From Candidatus Sherwoodlollariibacterium unditelluris (GTDB taxonomy: Bacteria > Omnitrophota > Gorgyraeia > Gygaellales > Profunditerraquicolaceae): a stretch of 46,584 nt of DNA. The position numbers were made by a program, and so were the translations under genes. This document shows positions 26,474-35,752 of the stretch, piece after piece (within the stretch, counting starts at the first letter, position 1; each line of letters starts with the position of its first letter). The stretch lies in the NCBI GenBank assembly GCA_002771995.1, contig PCRK01000006.1:6687-53270 (forward strand), given 5' to 3'. The notes under the pieces were generated by a model. The model worked only from the letters and a program-made list of their open reading frames with translations, was not told the DNA's origin and searched no databases.

Positions 26474-29047
26474 TTAATTCTTAGACATTGCACTCTCAAG
26501 GATATCGGATAAACCTTTGATAATATTTTTCATAACAGGCTTAAATTTATATTTAGGCTCCTTAAGGGTACCGGTGATACTGATGGTTGCAAATTTACCG
26601 AATTTTCCGATTATCGCGGTAGTAACATCTTTAAATGTCCCACTGAGCGGAATAGCCTCATTAATAATGTTAACACTAAGAGAAGCGTCAACGGAGTTAT
26701 TAAATCCAACCTTGGCCGGGCCGGATAAATTAACCATATTGCTCTTAAGCATAAGGTCCGTAGTATAACAATAGCTATCTTGTATAACGAAATTACAGGA
26801 ACCTTCATAAAAGACTATGCCAGCAAAATTCTCGGCAAATAATAATTTACCCAACCCCTTAAAAAGATCCAGTTCCCAGAGCTTACCCTTGGTAATAGCC
26901 AGGGAGCCGGCACCAATAAGTTTGGATAAATCATTGGAAAGACCATTCGCCTTAAGTTCGCCCTGAATGATCCCTGTAATATCTTTATCCTTGGCCGGAG
27001 TATCTAGTTTCAATTCTTCAATCTTTACTCCCTGCATAAATAAATTAACTGAATAAGGCAAATTCTTTGAATTCAAATTTGCCTTGGCAAATAGGTTAAC
27101 CGTGCCTCCATAAAAAGAAAAACTTAAAGACGGAATATCTATAATCCCGGAGTGCTGATTATAATGACAGGAAAACCCCTCTCCTTTAAACCCGTAAAGA
27201 GATACCTGCGGGCTTAAAACTTGAGCCTCAATCGCACAATCCTTAATATCTTTTACGTCACCGTTAAAATTAAATTTTGCCTGCACAATACCCTTAGGCA
27301 TAATCTTATCTATCTGCTCTTTAAACTTAGGCAAGAATCTTCCTAAATCTCCCAAATTTATGCCCACGGCGCCTGAAATATCCGCTTGAGAACTTAAGGT
27401 ATCAAAATTGCCGGTAGCGTTAAAATCTGAATTAAGATACCTGCCGGATAATTCTGATATATTAACCTTATTCTTAACTATAGTAAAATCAGCCTTAATC
27501 TTAAGGGCTTCTGAGAGAAGCTCCAAGGCAACATCCGGAGATTGGAAATTACTGACTAAGGTAGATAATTTATAGGAAAGGCCCTGATATTTGAAGCTTA
27601 CCTCCTTGGCCTTAAGTTGATTCAATGTAAATTCCAAGCGGCCGTTAATCTCAGTAATCGGGTTATTAATTTTATCTAATTTTAAAACAGCGTTAACAAA
27701 ATCAAGATAGCCATTTACATTGAACGCCCCGGTATTCAATCTATCTGTGGCGATATTTAATAAAAAGCCAGCATTCCCATTTAATAATCCGGGTAATATA
27801 AAATTGAACTTGTCCTTTAATAAGCCTTGTGCCTTAGCTAAATCAATATTAGAAACCAAGTCAATATTTAATACCGGATTACCAAAATTATTTAATTTCA
27901 ATTTAGCCTTTACCGGAATAGCAAAAATCGTAGCCAGAATATTATCCGAGCTAAGTCCATTGTTATCAAAATTAACTGCGGCGCTTATTCCGTTAATTGA
28001 CTCCACAAAATCCAAACCAGAAATAACCGAGTCCTTAAAAATAGCCTTTCCAAAATACTTAACCTGCCCTTCTTTTAAGCTGTATTTAAGGCTGGCGTTA
28101 ATCTGCGAATTAAGGCTAAGGGATATTTTATCCTTGCTTACATTAAGGCCAGAAGCTTTAATTTGACAATCCAAACCCAGGACGCTATCCTTAAATTTAA
28201 GAAATATCAAGGCATCTGCTAACCCTTCTTTTATACCTATCCCTGAAGATTGACAATAAACTGAAAATTTATCAGGCGAAATGTTTTTTATTGATATCGT
28301 TGAACTTAGCTCTTCTTGTGGGAACTTGAATTCACCGTTTAAGGCAATATTAGGCTTAAGATTTCCCGGGATTTGAGCAGAGGCTTTAAATCTTACTACA
28401 GATGGCAATGATAAATAAAGATTAATACGAACATCATCTAAATCCTGATTAAATGGCTTATCAAAACTACTATCCTTAAAATGAATCGTAGAATTAAAGA
28501 TATTAACCCTGTAAACCTCAACACTAAATCCTCTAGGCGGCTTAGGCTTTGGGTTAATCGCTACAGAAGGCTCAAGGAAAACAGGCTGTTTAAGGATACC
28601 CTCTTGTTTGGGTGTAGAGAAGCCTGCCAGATTAAAGCTACCATCTTTGCGCCTTTCCAAGAATATCCGACAGGAATTAAGATTAATACTTGGAATAATA
28701 ATTTTTTTCTGGATAAATCCCCAAATCCAAAATATGCAAGAGGCTTCTTTTACGCTTACAATTGCCTCGTCTTTATCGTATATATTCAGGTTTTCTAAAA
28801 CCAAACCTTTAAATATATTTATCCTTAAAGAGCCAAGGGTTACTTTCTTTTGGGTCTGGCCCTCTATGGCCTTAATAATAATCACTTTAACTGTCCTGGG
28901 CAGCACAACATTATTAAGGTACGTTAATCCTACCGCCGATAAAATAATCAGGAAAATTAAGATAATAATTATTGTCTTTTTCACTTGGATTTTACCAACC
29001 CGCCAATTCCGACTCCAGGGTCGGAATTGGTTAGGTTGTCGGGACAA
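26474..29047 (-). CDS. AsmA/TamB-like large envelope protein
   Basis: 857 aa with a single N-terminal TM helix and long beta-rich repetitive sequence. The family was assigned from composition and architecture only. Confidence 0.55.
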   Translation of the reverse strand: MSRQPNQFRPWSRNWRVGKIQVKKTIIIILIFLIILSAVGLTYLNNVVLPRTVKVIIIKAIEGQTQKKVTLGSLRINIFKGLVLENLNIYDKDEAIVSVKEASCIFWIWGFIQKKIIIPSINLNSCRIFLERRKDGSFNLAGFSTPKQEGILKQPVFLEPSVAINPKPKPPRGFSVEVYRVNIFNSTIHFKDSSFDKPFNQDLDDVRINLYLSLPSVVRFKASAQIPGNLKPNIALNGEFKFPQEELSSTISIKNISPDKFSVYCQSSGIGIKEGLADALIFLKFKDSVLGLDCQIKASGLNVSKDKISLSLNSQINASLKYSLKEGQVKYFGKAIFKDSVISGLDFVESINGISAAVNFDNNGLSSDNILATIFAIPVKAKLKLNNFGNPVLNIDLVSNIDLAKAQGLLKDKFNFILPGLLNGNAGFLLNIATDRLNTGAFNVNGYLDFVNAVLKLDKINNPITEINGRLEFTLNQLKAKEVSFKYQGLSYKLSTLVSNFQSPDVALELLSEALKIKADFTIVKNKVNISELSGRYLNSDFNATGNFDTLSSQADISGAVGINLGDLGRFLPKFKEQIDKIMPKGIVQAKFNFNGDVKDIKDCAIEAQVLSPQVSLYGFKGEGFSCHYNQHSGIIDIPSLSFSFYGGTVNLFAKANLNSKNLPYSVNLFMQGVKIEELKLDTPAKDKDITGIIQGELKANGLSNDLSKLIGAGSLAITKGKLWELDLFKGLGKLLFAENFAGIVFYEGSCNFVIQDSYCYTTDLMLKSNMVNLSGPAKVGFNNSVDASLSVNIINEAIPLSGTFKDVTTAIIGKFGKFATISITGTLKEPKYKFKPVMKNIIKGLSDILESAMSKN

Positions 29048-30479
29048 GCTTGGCCGCGGCCTTAAACGCCTCTTCTTTATTTTTGATTTTACCGATTGCC
29101 TGAAGCTCTTCTATTCCAAACAAAATCTTACCAATTAACGGCGAAGGGCCTAATTTAAATTTCTTCATTATCTCATTGCCGTTAAGCAACCGCTTCTGTT
29201 TTTTCTCTTTGCCTTTTTTCAAGTATTCTTTTATCAGCCTTGCCACCACAATCTCATGCTGTTTGGCTGCCTTAAAAGTAGTAAGCGGGCCCTTGGTTGA
29301 ACGCTGATCAGCTAAGGATAACAAAAGTATACTTAAGGCCTCATTGCCTGCATCGCGGAAAAAGCGGAATTTTGCCCTCGGGGTAGGATTTTCGCTATCG
29401 GCAAGATAACCCGGACGAAGATGCCAAAGAATCATTTTATGTAAAGAATATATTTCATCCCTAGAAAGCTTAAGCCTTCTAGCGATATCCTCGGCAATCC
29501 TTAGGCCTGCCCTTTCGTGGCCATGGAATGTAATCCTCCCTTTTTGATGGCGTAAAGTCTTAGGCTTACCGAAATCATGCAGAAAAGCCCCAAATTTTAA
29601 GATAGCCTTACGCCTTCGGTCAGCAGAAATAACGGTATTTAAACACCCCAATATTTCTTTATTCTTCATTTCCTTAAAAATAAGCTCCAGCTGCCTGATT
29701 GTTTCTAAGGTATGCTGCCAGACATCTAAATGATGATACGGGCCTTGGCCTATCCTACGCATCTTCTTAATCTCAGGAAAAACAATATCCAATATTTTTA
29801 ATTTATCCAAGGCCAAGAAACAATCGTAACCCTTGACTGTAGCAAAAACCTTAAATAACTCATCGCGGATACGCTCTCCAGAAACCGCAGATAATTTATC
29901 TTTATCAAGCCTTGCCAGCCTTAAGGTATCTTTATCAATATTGAAGCCTAAAATTGCCGAAAAACTAAAAGCACGCAATATTCTTAAGGGGTCTTCAGGG
30001 AATGATTTCTTCGTTACTACCCGGATTAGTTTGGTTTTAATGTCAACCCTCCCCCGATAAGGGTCTATCAATGACACGTTTAAGTCATGACCCGTTAATG
30101 CTTCTTCTAACTTTAAGGCTATCGCGTTTATGGTAAAATCACGGTGTTTAAGGTCATCCTCTAAATTCTTGCCGCGAAAATCCGTAAAATCAAAGGTATA
30201 AAATTTATCCCCTTCTTTTTTGACGAGGCGGCATGACCCATGTTCTTTATCCAAAACCACAAATCCGCATCTTAACCTCTTAGCCAAATTCCTCCCGAAA
30301 CTTATCGCTCTCATTTTAATCGCAAAATCAAAATCCCGATTCTCTTTTGACTTTCCTAAAATAAGATCGCGCAACACCCCACCCACCAAATAAAGCTTAG
30401 CGCGCCGAGCTTTGGCGAAATTATAAATGTCTTTTAAGATGCGCTTATCTTTTAATGAAAATTTTAAGCCTGATTCCAT
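29031..30479 (-). CDS. cca: CCA-adding tRNA nucleotidyltransferase / poly(A) polymerase family protein with an HD domain
   Basis: LVGGVLRDLILG and DFDF motifs, RDFTINA, and a C-terminal HD region (FLHDFGKP). Confidence 0.8.
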   Translation of the reverse strand: MESGLKFSLKDKRILKDIYNFAKARRAKLYLVGGVLRDLILGKSKENRDFDFAIKMRAISFGRNLAKRLRCGFVVLDKEHGSCRLVKKEGDKFYTFDFTDFRGKNLEDDLKHRDFTINAIALKLEEALTGHDLNVSLIDPYRGRVDIKTKLIRVVTKKSFPEDPLRILRAFSFSAILGFNIDKDTLRLARLDKDKLSAVSGERIRDELFKVFATVKGYDCFLALDKLKILDIVFPEIKKMRRIGQGPYHHLDVWQHTLETIRQLELIFKEMKNKEILGCLNTVISADRRRKAILKFGAFLHDFGKPKTLRHQKGRITFHGHERAGLRIAEDIARRLKLSRDEIYSLHKMILWHLRPGYLADSENPTPRAKFRFFRDAGNEALSILLLSLADQRSTKGPLTTFKAAKQHEIVVARLIKEYLKKGKEKKQKRLLNGNEIMKKFKLGPSPLIGKILFGIEELQAIGKIKNKEEAFKAAAKLVPTT

Positions 30480-30560
30480 GGTTATCCTGGTTCTGGGGGA
30501 CGCTCCCCAAGGTGCCTTAGCAGAGTGTCCCTTTGGGGAGCGTCCCCAAGCAGGTCTCTC

Positions 30561-30971
30561 CTATTTCTCTTTATTAAATATCCCCGCTTGCTTAATAATT
30601 TCATCTTTCACGAAGATGGGCGCGTGGGCCCTGACTGCGAGGGCAATACTATCAGATGGCCGGGCATCAATGACCTTTTCATGGCCGGAGGAAGTCTTTA
30701 AGACTATTTTTGCATGGAAGGTATTTTCTTCCAACTCATCAATAATAATCTTTTCAACATTGGCTTCTAAGTATTTTATGGTTGAAAGCAGGAGATCGTG
30801 GGTCAAGGGGCGTTCAGGTTTAAACCCGCTTATCTTTAATTTTATCGCTGAGGCTTCAGCCAGACCAATAACAATGGGCAAAACCCGCTCCCCGTTTTTC
30901 TCTTTTAAAACAATAAGCTGGTCATGCCTTTTTTCATCAATAACGATTTTATTTAATTCCACCTCTATCAT
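30561..30971 (-). CDS. Bifunctional nuclease (BFN/DUF151) family protein
   Basis: MIEVELNKIVIDEKRHDQLIVLKEK fits the BFN N-terminus, and ARPSDSIALAVR is also present. The ATG at 30971 has an AGGAG SD. The track ORF starts at an upstream TTG (30995) that lies inside a repeat. Confidence 0.8.
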   Translation of the reverse strand: MIEVELNKIVIDEKRHDQLIVLKEKNGERVLPIVIGLAEASAIKLKISGFKPERPLTHDLLLSTIKYLEANVEKIIIDELEENTFHAKIVLKTSSGHEKVIDARPSDSIALAVRAHAPIFVKDEIIKQAGIFNKEK

Positions 30972-30992
30972 ACCCAACACTCCTAATATTTT

Positions 30993-31072
30993 CAAGAAAA
31001 TCGCCTTCGGTGATAACTTTCAGCGATTTTCGCAGTGGTATGGGAAAGTGTTTTATACTTTCCTGTACCAGG
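30993..31072 (-). repeat. 78-bp double-hairpin repeat, copy R1 (inverted relative to R2 and R3)
   Basis: The reverse complement differs from R3 at only 3 positions. Hairpins are GGTACAGGAAAGT..ACTTTCC(C/T)ATACC and GAAAATCGC..GCGATTTTC. Confidence 0.8.
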
Positions 31073-31087
31073 ACAAAAAATAATTGA

Positions 31088-31168
31088 ATACTTAGTGGGT
31101 GACGAGGACGATTCTTCGCCCCGCCATGGTGGGGCGAAGAACAATCCTCGGCAGGACCCACTAAGTAT
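31088..31168. repeat. Long GC-rich imperfect palindrome downstream of nrdR
   Basis: Outer stem CTTAGTGGGT/ACCCACTAAG, inner stems GAGGA/TCCTC and TTCTTCGCCCC/GGGGCGAAGAA. One arm (GGGTGACGAGGAC) recurs alone at 24298-24310. Confidence 0.75.
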
Positions 31169-31636
31169 CTACTTCTTTTTTTTGTCCTTACCCAAAATAT
31201 CCTTTAACTCCACCATAAACTGACCAACATCCTTAAACTGGCGGTAAACTGAAGCAAAACGCACGTAAGCCACATCATCTAAGGCCTTTAACTTCTCCAT
31301 AACTAACTCTCCGATGCGGCTTGCCAATACTTCGCGGTCGGATTTTTTCTGGATAGCGCGCTCAACAAAAGTAACAATATCTTCCATTTTCTCAACGCTA
31401 ATCGGCCGCTTCTCGCAAGCCCGGATAATACCGGCTAACACTTTTTTACGGTCAAATGGCTCGCGCCTTCCGTCTTTCTTGATTACCATAAGTGAAACTT
31501 CTTCTATGTATTCATAAGTAGTGAAACGCTTGCCGCACTTAAGGCACTCGCGCCTGCGTCTAATCGCCGACTCTTCAGCGGTTGCCCTAGAATCCACAAC
31601 CTTATCTTCTTTATAACCGCAAAATGGGCACTTCAC
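31169..31636 (-). CDS. nrdR: Transcriptional repressor NrdR
   Basis: [19 protein letters not shown] Zn ribbon plus an ATP-cone. The GTG start is supplied by the junction element. Confidence 0.95.
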   Translation of the reverse strand: MKCPFCGYKEDKVVDSRATAEESAIRRRRECLKCGKRFTTYEYIEEVSLMVIKKDGRREPFDRKKVLAGIIRACEKRPISVEKMEDIVTFVERAIQKKSDREVLASRIGELVMEKLKALDDVAYVRFASVYRQFKDVGQFMVELKDILGKDKKKK

Positions 31637-31753
31637 CCCGCACCTTCTCTCTTATTTAAGCTATCCTTTATTCTAAGTTTAAGATATGCATAAGGCTTCC
31701 CGCTCCTTAAAAGATAAACGTAATACATAGCAGAATATAAAGAAGGTGCGGGG
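31636..31753 (-). mobile_element. Stop/start junction element copy 4
   Basis: Same inverted ends. Flanked by TTCA at 31632-35 and TCA at 31754-56. Supplies the SD and GTG of nrdR. Confidence 0.65.
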
Positions 31754-32212
31754 TCATATCTTACGTACTTTAATCTTCGCTTGTTTTAAAAAATCCATGG
31801 CCATCTTATCAGGATAACCGCCGGCAATTACGATATCCTTTATCCCGGCATTAATAAGCATTTTAGCGCAGATAACGCAGGGCTGGTTTGTAGAATAAAG
31901 CGTGCTTCCTTTAACGCTTATCCCGTATAATGAAGCTTGAATAAGCGCGTTTTGTTCAGCATGCAAAGCCCTGCAGAGTTCTTGTCTCTCTCCGGAAGGA
32001 ATTTTTAATTTCTGGCGCAGACAACCGATATCAATACAATGCTTAAGTCCTGTCGGAGCGCCATTATAACCGGTAGCCAATATCCTCTTGTCTTTTACTA
32101 TAACCGCGCCTACGCTGCGGCGTAAACAAGTTGACCTCTTGGCTACAAGCTTAGCCATCTCCAAAAAATACTCATCCCAACTCGGACGCTTATGTCTTTT
32201 TTGTTTATTCAT
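31754..32212 (-). CDS. dCMP deaminase (ComEB-type)
   Basis: HAEQNAL and [10 protein letters not shown] zinc-binding motifs. Size is 152 aa. Confidence 0.9.
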   Translation of the reverse strand: MNKQKRHKRPSWDEYFLEMAKLVAKRSTCLRRSVGAVIVKDKRILATGYNGAPTGLKHCIDIGCLRQKLKIPSGERQELCRALHAEQNALIQASLYGISVKGSTLYSTNQPCVICAKMLINAGIKDIVIAGGYPDKMAMDFLKQAKIKVRKI

Positions 32213-33458
32213 TTCTTACGAGCTCCGGGTATAAAGGAAACTGCTTGGTTAATTTTATTACCTCTTTTTTAATCCCTTCCAGCTCCCTGGGGTCGTCCCT
32301 TGCCTCTATAGCATCGTTAATAAACTTAGCGATATGGCGCATATGGAATTCTTTTAAGCCGCGGGTAGTTACTGCCGGAGTCCCAATCCTTATACCGCTA
32401 GTTATCCCTGCGTCTTTCTTATCAAAAGGAATTAAATTCTTATTCACCGTAATGTTAACCTGGCCTAAAACATTAGAGGCGTCCTTACCGGTAATCCTCT
32501 TTGAGTTTAAATCCACCAACATCAGATGCGTATCCGTTCCCCCTGAAACAATACGGAAATTATTTTTAGCTAAGGCCCTAGCAAGCTCTTTGGCATTTTT
32601 AACAATTTGCCTCTGATAGGTTTTAAATTTCGGGCTCATCGCTTCCTTAAACGCTACAGCCTTGCCGGCAATAACATGCATCAGCGGCCCGCCTTGTATT
32701 CCGGGGAATATCTGCGCGTCAATTTCCTTGGCGAATTCTTTTCTGCATAAAATAAAACCTCCGCGCGGCCCGCGCAAGGTCTTATGCGTAGTAGAAGTAA
32801 CAAATTCGGCAAAAGGCACTGGCGATGGATGGACTCCCGCAGCAACTAATCCGGCGATATGCGCCATATCCACAAATAAATAGGCTCCGACTCTATCGCA
32901 TATTTTTCTAAAGGCTTTAAAATCTAATCTTCTCGGATACGCAGAGGCGCCGGCGAGAATCATCTTCGGCTTATGTTTTTTTGCTAAACCCATAATCAAA
33001 TCGTAATCGAGCATTTCAGTCTTACGGTCCACACCATAACCTACCATCTTAAAAAGTCTTCCGGAAAAATTATGCGGATGACCGTGGGTCAAGTGCCCTC
33101 CAGCAGCTAAGGCCATAGCCAAAACCGTATCCCCGGGCTGAAGGGCTGCAAAATAAACCGCCATATTCGCCTGCGAACCTGAATGCGGCTGGACATTGGC
33201 ATGCTCAGCTGTGAATAACTTCTTAGCCCGTTCAATAGCTAACCTCTCAACTTCATCCACATATTCACACCCGCCATACCAACGATGGCCGGGGTAACCT
33301 TCGGCGTATTTATTGGTTAAAACCGAACCCTGTGCTTCAAGCACAGCTAGGGAAGTAAAATTCTCCGAGGCAATTAATTCTAAATTCTCCTCTTCTCTCT
33401 TAAGTTCGTCTTTAATCGATGCGTAAATTTCAGGATCAACGAATTTTAAGTGCTTCAC
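32205..33458 (-). CDS. glyA: Serine hydroxymethyltransferase
   Basis: [21 protein letters not shown] and [14 protein letters not shown] motifs. The GTG start is supplied by the junction element. Confidence 0.97.
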   Translation of the reverse strand: MKHLKFVDPEIYASIKDELKREEENLELIASENFTSLAVLEAQGSVLTNKYAEGYPGHRWYGGCEYVDEVERLAIERAKKLFTAEHANVQPHSGSQANMAVYFAALQPGDTVLAMALAAGGHLTHGHPHNFSGRLFKMVGYGVDRKTEMLDYDLIMGLAKKHKPKMILAGASAYPRRLDFKAFRKICDRVGAYLFVDMAHIAGLVAAGVHPSPVPFAEFVTSTTHKTLRGPRGGFILCRKEFAKEIDAQIFPGIQGGPLMHVIAGKAVAFKEAMSPKFKTYQRQIVKNAKELARALAKNNFRIVSGGTDTHLMLVDLNSKRITGKDASNVLGQVNITVNKNLIPFDKKDAGITSGIRIGTPAVTTRGLKEFHMRHIAKFINDAIEARDDPRELEGIKKEVIKLTKQFPLYPELVRNE

Positions 33459-33596
33459 CCCGCACCTTCTTTCTTATTCATATAACTAAAATCTCATGCC
33501 TTTTTTTAAACTGCTTGAATCCCGCACCTTTGGTATATCTTATTATTTCTTTGAATATCTATCAAGGTGCGGGATGAATACCCTGAAGGTGCGGGG
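33458..33596 (-). mobile_element. Stop/start junction element copy 5 (composite, with a nested inner arm pair)
   Basis: Outer arms are at 33458-69 and 33585-96, and inner arms at 33519-33 and 33563-75. Flanking TTCA at 33454-57 and 33597-600. Supplies the SD and GTG of glyA. Confidence 0.65.
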
Positions 33597-33597
33597 T

Positions 33598-34059
33598 TCA
33601 CTTTCTTCCACCCCTTATCTTTCTTTCAATCTCTCTAATTTGGGCTAACCGCCTTTTATGCCTTCCGCCTTCAAATTTTGTATTCAGCCAAACTCTAACA
33701 ATTCTCTTAGCCAAATCCGGCCTGACAAATATTGAGCCTAAAACCAGAACATTGCTATCATTGTGCCTGCGGGAAAGCTTAGCTGCCTTTACGTTATAGG
33801 ATAGGGCTGCGCGCACGCCCGGAAGCCTATTAGCAACGATAGAATTGCCTATCCCGCTTTTACAGATAAGAATCCCTCTTTTAAACTTTCCTTTAGATAT
33901 TTTATCAGCAAGGGCATAAGCAAACTCCGGATAATCGCAACGTTCATCGTCAAAAGGGCCTAGGTCTTTTACTTTAAGGCCAATTTTATTAAGAAACGGT
34001 TTTAATTTTTCTTTTAAGGCAAAACCTCCGTGATCCGAGGCAATAAGTATCGGAGTCAT
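33598..34059 (-). CDS. rpiB: Ribose-5-phosphate isomerase B
   Basis: IASDHGGFALKE and CKSGIGNSIVANR motifs. Size is 153 aa. Confidence 0.92.
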   Translation of the reverse strand: MTPILIASDHGGFALKEKLKPFLNKIGLKVKDLGPFDDERCDYPEFAYALADKISKGKFKRGILICKSGIGNSIVANRLPGVRAALSYNVKAAKLSRRHNDSNVLVLGSIFVRPDLAKRIVRVWLNTKFEGGRHKRRLAQIREIERKIRGGRK

Positions 34060-35174
34060 ATTAAATTACTCACCCTTTCTACGGCTTCCTTAATAGAAAC
34101 AAATGTCTTCTCGTAAAAATCCAAAGGCCTACCAATAGGATCAGCAATATCCGTATGGCTGTCATTTATTTTAGCCCCGTTAGAAACACCTTTCTCCTTA
34201 TTTAATATACCATGGTTTCTAACGGGGTTAGCAAATTCCTTTAATAAAAACACTCTATTTTTAACCTCGGGGGCCAAATGTAGAATAGCATCTTCATGCA
34301 TTTTTTCCATAACTAAGATAAGGTCTGATTTTCTGGCCATCGCCTTGGTGATTTTCTGTGAAATATGTTTAGAAATATCTATGCCTTCTTTAGCCAATAC
34401 CTCCCTTGTGCCCTGCGATACACCAATGCCGGCAAGCATCATTATCCCGGCAGAAGAAACCTCCAAATCATTTCTTTTTTTATCCTTGATTATCTTCTTT
34501 AAAACCGCCTCGGCCATAACCGAACGGCAGGAATTTCCGGTGCAGACAAAAAGGATATTCTTCTTAGCGATAACAGCTTCAATCGCTTCTTTTTTTATTG
34601 CCCCCCTCCTTAAAATATCAAATCCATCTTTAGCTAAGTCTACGATAGATGATTCTAATCCTAGCTTTGTCTCTCTAGCATCAATAGCAAAATCTACTAA
34701 GCCATTTAAATCTTTTATCGCCTGTTCAAAATTTACCGGCGCAGGTTCTCCGGAGAGATTTGCCGAGGGGCAAATTATCGGGTCATAGGCTTCAGTAATG
34801 ACCCTTAAGGCAATTTCATTATCCGGCATACGTAAGCCCACGGTCGGCTCTTTTATTCCTTTAAGTATCAAGGTTAATGGCCCGGGCCAAAACTTATCCA
34901 TAAGTTTATACGCGCCAACCGGGACATCCCTAGCAAAATCTTCAACTTTTTCTTTTTTAGCGATATGTATTGAAAAGGGCTTATCTTTAGGCCGCTTTTT
35001 AATCTCATAAAGCCTATCCACTGCTTTCTGATTAAGCATATTCGCGGCAATGCCATATACTGTTTCAGTAGGTATAATCACCAGGCCGCCTGATTTTAAA
35101 ATATGCGCGGCCTCGCGGATATAATCCTCTTTAATCTGCCCTGGGTCAACCCTGACTATTTTGGCCTGATTCAT
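34056..35174 (-). CDS. Fusion of L-threonylcarbamoyladenylate synthase (YrdC/Sua5 domain) with a low-molecular-weight protein phosphatase
   Basis: The N-terminal half has the YrdC motifs IIPTETVYGIAAN and CPSANLSGEP. The C-terminal half carries the CX5R(S) loop FVCTGNSCRSVMAE and an Asp loop (IADPIG). Confidence 0.85.
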   Translation of the reverse strand: MNQAKIVRVDPGQIKEDYIREAAHILKSGGLVIIPTETVYGIAANMLNQKAVDRLYEIKKRPKDKPFSIHIAKKEKVEDFARDVPVGAYKLMDKFWPGPLTLILKGIKEPTVGLRMPDNEIALRVITEAYDPIICPSANLSGEPAPVNFEQAIKDLNGLVDFAIDARETKLGLESSIVDLAKDGFDILRRGAIKKEAIEAVIAKKNILFVCTGNSCRSVMAEAVLKKIIKDKKRNDLEVSSAGIMMLAGIGVSQGTREVLAKEGIDISKHISQKITKAMARKSDLILVMEKMHEDAILHLAPEVKNRVFLLKEFANPVRNHGILNKEKGVSNGAKINDSHTDIADPIGRPLDFYEKTFVSIKEAVERVSNLI

Positions 35175-35653
35175 AACTTAATTTTGATATTCTTTACTTT
35201 AAGGCGCATTGATTTTTTATAGGCCAATAATTTTCTCCCGATTTTATTATCGCTTACTCCTAATATCTCTATGGCAAAAAGCGCCGCGTTTTTAGCACCT
35301 GCCTTACCTATGCTCATCGAGGCAACAGGGATGCCCGCAGGCATCTGCACCGTGGACAAAAGCGAATCCAAACCCCTTAAACTCTTAGTCTCCATAGGAA
35401 TCCCGATTACCGGCAAGATAGTATGCGCTGCCACAACACCTGCCAAAGCAGCTGCTCCGCCGGCAGCCGTAATAAAAACTTTAATATCTTTTTTCGGTGC
35501 TTCTTCAACATATTTTACTAATTCCTTGGGCGTCCGATGTGCGGACAAAACTTTTACTTCAAAACCAACCTTAAATTCTTTCAATAAATCAATTGCTTCT
35601 TTTACTGTTTCTAAATCTGACTGACTACCCATTATGATGCTAATTTTACTCAT
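35171..35653 (-). CDS. purE: N5-carboxyaminoimidazole ribonucleotide mutase (class I PurE-like)
   Basis: IIMGSQSD and SAHRTP motifs. Size is 160 aa. Confidence 0.92.
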   Translation of the reverse strand: MSKISIIMGSQSDLETVKEAIDLLKEFKVGFEVKVLSAHRTPKELVKYVEEAPKKDIKVFITAAGGAAALAGVVAAHTILPVIGIPMETKSLRGLDSLLSTVQMPAGIPVASMSIGKAGAKNAALFAIEILGVSDNKIGRKLLAYKKSMRLKVKNIKIKL

Positions 35654-35679
35654 AGCACCTCTCCTTAAATCTTGTTTTT

Positions 35680-35746
35680 TAGCGGGTAGCTTGGCTGATT
35701 TCGAGCCGCGTGATGCGGCGAGAAACAGCCAAGACAGGACCCGCTA
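35680..35746. repeat. GC-rich imperfect palindrome in the purD-purE spacer
   Basis: Stems TAGCGGGT/ACCCGCTA and CTTGGCTG/CAGCCAAG, with an inner GCCGC/GCGGC. It shares the AAGACAGGACCCG end motif with 16853-16865 and a similar motif with 1211-1226. Confidence 0.7.
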
Positions 35747-35752
35747 AAAACA

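Noticed and set aside
5406-33600. Possibility that the CCCCGCACCTTC/GAAGGTGCGGGG repeats are a CRISPR array or a set of intrinsic terminators.
   Set aside because: The repeats are inverted pairs scattered over 28 kb at gene junctions, not direct repeats with regular spacers. No U tract follows the stems, and the downstream genes depend on the arm for their SD and start.
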